From positions 86,180-150,179 of the IMG/VR virus record IMGVR_UViG_3300046779_002349: a stretch of DNA of 64,000 nucleotides; one strand, written 5' to 3'. This DNA is from a virus. Below, in pieces: positions 59,537-64,000 of the stretch. A program made the translations under genes and the position numbers. How positions within the stretch are numbered: the stretch's first letter is position 1; every line of letters starts with the position of its first letter. Below the pieces are notes generated by a model. That model had not been told where the DNA came from. It was given only the letters and a program-made list of their open reading frames with translations, and searched no databases.

Positions 59537-61375
59537 TTAGAACTTGCCTGTCTGCTTGATGTTTTCGCCGAAGCCTACGCCGACTGCAACTCTAGGAGCC
59601 CAGTGAATGTTTTCTTTAACATTAGTAGTTCCTGCTCTCAAGGCGCTATCCTCTAATTGTTTTTTAAGATATGATGTACTGAGACCTGCAAGCCAATCAT
59701 CGTTGTAGTGACTAGCTGTACGTAAGCGATCCATGTTTGGAGCAAATGGAGGTGGGTCCTCTGAAACTTCTAGCTCATTGAATCCCACTTCCTGTAACTG
59801 CTTTTGAATACTTGGAGTGATTCTAGTTCCTATCGTGTGCTCCAATGTATCTTTAGTGAGATACTTGTTCGTGGTCATTTGAATGGGTTTGACAACAGAA
59901 TTTTGGGGCTTCCATACTTTCTTAACCTTGTTGTAATTAATCGTGTCGTCAGCATAGGCATCTAGACCCTCAATTTCTTCATTGAGAGAAACTGTATCTA
60001 GTGTACCTCTTGCCACAATTTCGAGATTCTTTTTATCCGCATAGAGGCCTGAGTCTTTATAGATTTTTTGAATTCGATCTACCCAGTATTTTCTACCAGC
60101 GCCAAGTCCTACTTTTTCAACTACGTCGCGAGCATCAACAATGCCTTCCGACAAAGGTGTTCCTGCTTCTATGGTTTGTCCTACCTTTACGGTGAGAGGG
60201 TACCCAGGTTTTACGTAGTATTGTTTGTTATTAACAGTAACATTATAACCGCCTTGTGGAGCTTCTTCAATCTGGCTTACTTGCCCATCTTCATCAGATG
60301 TAATCGCTTTATGAATATACTCAGAAGGGCTTTGTACAAATTGGCTGAGGATAGGAAAACCACCGTACTCACCTTTTTGTGTAGCCTGACCACCAGTGTG
60401 TTTGGCCGAGAGCGCCCCTTGGGTCACTGGCTCGGACAAAGCATTTGCTGCAGTAATACCTATATGTTCGCCAATTTTAGGAAATCTTTTTTCAAATGTA
60501 ACTCCAACACATTGTGAGCATAGTCCATCTGCATTACAAGTAAGTGGTGATCTGGCTACAACTTTGTTTACGTTACTCTTTTTAAGGTCAGCAATAACTT
60601 CTCTGGTCAACAGTGTACCAGCCTTGAAGTTACCAGCATCTTTTGCAAGAACTCTGTTTCTCGCGGTATTGTCGTCGATGTCATAAGCTAAACCATTTTG
60701 AACTCCGCAATCTTTATCTGTAACAACAAGTCGAGCAGAGGCTTGGCTCAAAAGTTTTCCATAGTCACCACCTTTAGCAGTAGCCGCTTTTGTAGAAATT
60801 ACAGAAGCTCTAGCTCCGAACATACCTGCTGCAAACTCTAGGGGTCTTAAACCTTCAGCAAATGAGTTCTCAACAAACATGGGAACAATGTCGCCTTTTG
60901 AGTCAGCGTACAAACCTGGGGTAGTAAGCATAGCCTGCATCTGTGAGGGTTTTCCCCTAGCTCCAGAAATAACAGCATGACCAATTTTGTTGTTGGTTGC
61001 TTTTGCCCCTGCCATGGTATTTTTCAACATCATGTCATTATACTTCACCCAGATAGCTTCTCTGGCTTTTTTAAATTGATCAGTATTTCCGAGCTTTTGT
61101 TTAGCTGCGGCAATTTCGTCATTCATAGCAGCCAGTAGCAGAGGTTTATCTACTACTGGCTCAAAGTCTTCTAGTCCTAAAGTCTCGCCTTGAATGTAAG
61201 CAGCTTTAGCTCCCAATCTTCCTAAGTCGTGTGAAATTTTTTTGTACTGATCTGGGTAATTCGTATAGAGATCTACAAGGAAGTCATTTACGTTCGATCC
61301 AGATAAATCAGTTAATTTACCTCGCAACTCTGCGGGTACTATTTCGTCAACTAAAAGGTCAATTGCTCTTGGCAT
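59537..61375 (-). CDS. rpoC: DNA-directed RNA polymerase beta' subunit, C-terminal part (split subunit)
   Basis: SGARG, GLRPLEF...GARASVISTKAATAKGG (bridge helix), DCG, RSPLTC..GLCSQCVG, GEHIGITAANALSEPVTQGALSAKHTGG (trigger loop); no NADFDGD motif. Confidence 0.92.
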   Translation of the reverse strand: MPRAIDLLVDEIVPAELRGKLTDLSGSNVNDFLVDLYTNYPDQYKKISHDLGRLGAKAAYIQGETLGLEDFEPVVDKPLLLAAMNDEIAAAKQKLGNTDQFKKAREAIWVKYNDMMLKNTMAGAKATNNKIGHAVISGARGKPSQMQAMLTTPGLYADSKGDIVPMFVENSFAEGLRPLEFAAGMFGARASVISTKAATAKGGDYGKLLSQASARLVVTDKDCGVQNGLAYDIDDNTARNRVLAKDAGNFKAGTLLTREVIADLKKSNVNKVVARSPLTCNADGLCSQCVGVTFEKRFPKIGEHIGITAANALSEPVTQGALSAKHTGGQATQKGEYGGFPILSQFVQSPSEYIHKAITSDEDGQVSQIEEAPQGGYNVTVNNKQYYVKPGYPLTVKVGQTIEAGTPLSEGIVDARDVVEKVGLGAGRKYWVDRIQKIYKDSGLYADKKNLEIVARGTLDTVSLNEEIEGLDAYADDTINYNKVKKVWKPQNSVVKPIQMTTNKYLTKDTLEHTIGTRITPSIQKQLQEVGFNELEVSEDPPPFAPNMDRLRTASHYNDDWLAGLSTSYLKKQLEDSALRAGTTNVKENIHWAPRVAVGVGFGENIKQTGKF

Positions 61376-61381
61376 TTCAAT

Positions 61382-61410
61382 ACTTTAGCACAGAAGATGA
61401 TGTAATTCAA
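61382..61410 (-). promoter_or_regulatory. sigma70-like promoter, leaderless
   Basis: TTGAAT-17-TAAAGT with a TG extension, 6 nt before ATG 61375. Confidence 0.55.
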
Positions 61411-61676
61411 TCACTAAAACAAAACGAGCTGTAGCTTACTTTTCTTAATTTTCTAGGTAGTGTCGAGATGGATAGCAAATTCGGTTCCACATCGGAAGAT
61501 AAAGAGACACAAAATGCGGATCTATTTTTAACTAATTCGCCAGAGGGTAGATACTCGAAATGGGTACCACATTCAAAGTGGCACTCCATCTCATTTTGTT
61601 TTGTTGTGTTGGCTGCACAGTAAGGGCATTCTTCTTGTAACATGGAGGTGTAGTGTTAGTCGGTTAATAAGCACAA

Positions 61677-62069
61677 TTATTTTAATACTCTTGTTAAAAA
61701 GGATAACAATTTCTGTTTTGTATAAGTTACTACTTTTTGTAAAGTTGATTTTGGTCTGTTGTCCACCAGATGTCCAAGTGAGTCTTTAAAGTAAATTAAT
61801 CTACCTTCGTCATCACTTTTTTTAATTGCCCAGTAGACTTGATCTGAATTTTTGTATTGATTCTGTATTCGGGTTAACCTACCGTTAACATCATATTCCA
61901 TATACTCGCAGTACCCGTCTGAGCTTTCGTAATATATTGTTTTTCCTGTAGAATCGAACTCTCTTTTGGTCCAGGAACCATTTGAATTTTCAATGTAAAT
62001 TCTGTTTCCCTTTTCATCATTAATAATGTAAGGAAACTGTGTGATGTTATTTTGTTGAGCTAGTGTCAT
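61677..62069 (-). CDS. MTLAQQN-family protein with an altered, extended C-terminus
   Basis: 130 aa; ends RPKSTLQKVVTYTKQKLLSFLTRVLK. Confidence 0.8.
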   Translation of the reverse strand: MTLAQQNNITQFPYIINDEKGNRIYIENSNGSWTKREFDSTGKTIYYESSDGYCEYMEYDVNGRLTRIQNQYKNSDQVYWAIKKSDDEGRLIYFKDSLGHLVDNRPKSTLQKVVTYTKQKLLSFLTRVLK

Positions 62070-62344
62070 ATAGTTACTTGAACTTTTGTGTGATTAACTT
62101 TCTTTGGTCTATCGTCTATTAAGATTCCATCTGAAGTTTCGTAGTAGGTTAACTTGCCGTTAGCATCATATTCTCTTTTTACCCAGAAACCATTTGAGTA
62201 TTCAGAGTAGGTTGCCTTGCCATTAGCATTGTATTCTGCTTTGCTCCAGATACCACATGCATTTTCGTAGTAGGTTTCCTTACCTTTTTGCCCTCGAATA
62301 ATATAAGGAAATTCTGTAACATTATTTTGTTGAGCTAGTGTCAT
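62066..62344 (-). CDS. MTLAQQN-family repeat protein with C-terminal tag
   Basis: 92 aa; ends NHTKVQVTI. Confidence 0.85.
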   Translation of the reverse strand: MTLAQQNNVTEFPYIIRGQKGKETYYENACGIWSKAEYNANGKATYSEYSNGFWVKREYDANGKLTYYETSDGILIDDRPKKVNHTKVQVTI

Positions 62345-62622
62345 ATAGTTACTTGAACTTTTGTGCGATTAAATTTCTTTGGTCTATTATCTCGGATATA
62401 CCCAGATGAATCTTCGTAGTAGATCTGATTTCCTTGACTGTCGTATTTTCTTTTATTCCAGTAACTATTTGAATCTTCGAAGGAGGTTACTTCTCCTTGC
62501 TGATCATATTCTGCTTTGATCCAGTAGCCATTTAAAGTTTCGTAGTAGGTTATATTTCCGTTAGCATCCTTAATAACATAAGGAAATTCTGTAACATTAT
62601 TTTGCTGGGCTAATGTTTGCAT
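62341..62622 (-). CDS. MTLAQQN-family repeat protein with C-terminal tag
   Basis: 93 aa; ends NRTKVQVTI. Confidence 0.85.
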   Translation of the reverse strand: MQTLAQQNNVTEFPYVIKDANGNITYYETLNGYWIKAEYDQQGEVTSFEDSNSYWNKRKYDSQGNQIYYEDSSGYIRDNRPKKFNRTKVQVTI

Positions 62623-62655
62623 GGTTGTGTAGTATTAGGTTGTGTAGTTATTAAT

Positions 62656-62692
62656 AAAAAAAGAGCCAGGAAAAATTAATTCCCTGGCTCTT
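62656..62692 (-). terminator. intrinsic terminator
   Basis: AAGAGCCAGG/CCTGGCTCTT hairpin plus T-run. Confidence 0.8.
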
Positions 62693-62702
62693 CGAATCTA
62701 AA

Positions 62703-63065
62703 TTAGTCAGCTACATTCCTCGTGTTCTGGAGGAAGTGGTCGTACTCCTGCTGGATGTCCAACTCGTAAAGAGTGTTAGGAGCCACAGTAAAAGGAGCAT
62801 GACGATGTCCAGCCAGACAGCGCACTTGTGTTTGAGTAGAGCACTCAAAGAATCGCTGTCCTTCTTTGTTTTTATAAAACTTGATAGTGCCTTGTTTAGG
62901 CATATCAAGCACATGGTGGTTACCCCGCTGTTCAGATGGAGCGATGATGATGTAACCTTCTTTTTGCACTTGCTCGTCATAAGCGACAAGATCAGTTGGG
63001 CGCTCAAGTTTCTCGATGATCATTGCTTCACCGTGAAGCTTAGCTTTTTCTACGTTTTCTTGCAT
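62703..63065 (-). CDS. conserved His-rich small protein of the type usually found next to DUF6745 genes
   Basis: HGEAMI...SEQRGNHHVL...HRHAP...YELDIQQEYD...RNVAD. Confidence 0.6.
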   Translation of the reverse strand: MQENVEKAKLHGEAMIIEKLERPTDLVAYDEQVQKEGYIIIAPSEQRGNHHVLDMPKQGTIKFYKNKEGQRFFECSTQTQVRCLAGHRHAPFTVAPNTLYELDIQQEYDHFLQNTRNVAD

Positions 63066-63087
63066 AATATTGTTTGGTATTGCTTTT

Positions 63088-63130
63088 GTCGGATTGAGGG
63101 TCTCTCTACACTCCGACGGATATAGAGAGA
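63088..63130 (-). promoter_or_regulatory. candidate H-type pseudoknot in a 5' leader
   Basis: Stem TCTCTCTATA/TGTAGAGAGA; loop GTCGGA is complementary to downstream TCCGAC. Confidence 0.55.
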
Positions 63131-63134
63131 AATC

Positions 63135-63854
63135 TTATAGAAAATTCTTTTCAAGATACTTAAGGTCGATGCCTAGTTCTTGGACCGTTACAAGGTCATT
63201 GTATTTTACTGGATAAAGACTTTCAGTAATTGCGATTTTCGTCTTCGAGAAATCAGGAAGCCCAAAAGTAAGTACGTCGTGAATCAGTGCTGTGCTCACA
63301 ATCGTATTAGCCAGGAGTTTATCGGAGCCCTCAATGTATTTGGCAATCTCGGGTACAAATAGATGAGTTCCGTTTGGGTACTGGTTAGCTACATCGTATA
63401 GCTTTGTTGTGTAGTACTCCTCTTCCTCAGTAGCAGGTCTTGCACCTTTTCTATGCAATACGATAAACTCAAAATTAGGAAACACTTTATTGAGATAGTC
63501 TACTTCATTTTCGTAGCGAACGTCCGTAATAATGTACACAGTAGCAGAGGTATCCGCTATGATGTCTGCTACTAATTTTTTTACAAATACATCTGGATCT
63601 TTAGCTCTCATATCCTGAGCTTTCTTTACTAGAAATGGACGAGCTTTCTTTTTCATAGCCGGATCTTCTGAGTAAATATCAATACCTTTCGGAATTAATT
63701 TTTCTTCTTTAAGAATTTTTCGAAGATAGCTCGCGAGCTTTACGATCTTTACGGAATTTTTAGTACACATAGACTGGATTGTGCTACCGACCATATCCTT
63801 ACCTGTTCTTGCATAGCCTGCTAAACCCAATACTAATTTGCTACTCTTTATCAT
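63135..63854 (-). CDS. deoxynucleoside monophosphate kinase-like (P-loop)
   Basis: GLAGYARTGKD P-loop; IITDVRYENE; probable start MIKSSK. Confidence 0.8.
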   Translation of the reverse strand: MIKSSKLVLGLAGYARTGKDMVGSTIQSMCTKNSVKIVKLASYLRKILKEEKLIPKGIDIYSEDPAMKKKARPFLVKKAQDMRAKDPDVFVKKLVADIIADTSATVYIITDVRYENEVDYLNKVFPNFEFIVLHRKGARPATEEEEYYTTKLYDVANQYPNGTHLFVPEIAKYIEGSDKLLANTIVSTALIHDVLTFGLPDFSKTKIAITESLYPVKYNDLVTVQELGIDLKYLEKNFL

Positions 63855-64000
63855 AATACTAAATGTTTCCTGAGCAAATGTATAATGAGTTAAATGGAAT
63901 TGCAACACTTTTCTGAAAACTTTGTAAAAAATATTTTTGAAAGTAAAAAAGATTTTACGTTTATTATTTAAAAATAACCCACACAGATTTTACAAACAAT

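Noticed and set aside
1077-63362. Numerous plus-strand ORFs in the track
   Set aside because: Apart from tnpB they are antisense shadows of minus-strand genes and show no recognisable motifs.
1-64000. Stop-codon reassignment
   Set aside because: Long conserved genes are uninterrupted under the standard code, and TAA, TAG and TGA all end plausible genes.

Overview
This is a 64-kb AT-rich segment of a large (probably jumbo) bacteriophage genome. Almost every gene is on the minus strand, densely packed, often with ATGA stop/start overlaps, and the standard code appears to be used. Two PEP-CTERM proteins (one DUF4114-like) suggest an exosortase-bearing Gram-negative host, plausibly Verrucomicrobia (inference). 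Recognisable genes: C-terminal half of a split RNA polymerase beta' subunit, a PRPP-synthetase-like plus NAMPT-like pair (NARP1-type NAD+ reconstitution), dNMP kinase, pyrimidine-dimer glycosylase, macrodomain, DEDD exonuclease, PD-(D/E)XK nuclease, two metallophosphoesterases, RlpA, acyl carrier protein, four YopX proteins, tRNA-Leu(TAA), and a TnpB-only IS200/IS605 element on the plus strand. The most striking unexplained patterns are: (1) 23 small proteins from at least three sequence-dissimilar groups share a C-terminal tail N-[HL]-x-K-[VI]-x-[IL]-T-[IL]-COOH conserved at protein level, and 13 of them belong to a 14-member shuffled 21-aa-repeat family; (2) 12 probable virion-associated proteins carry a short N-terminal leader ending K-x-[AS], and the motif recurs internally between domains as in a polyprotein; (3) a complete type I hammerhead ribozyme sits in a 5' leader; (4) a tRNA-like RNA carries an extra arm; (5) a 30-bp promoter motif occurs three times, and many promoters appear to give leaderless mRNAs. 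All family calls come from motif recognition by eye; no database searches were run.
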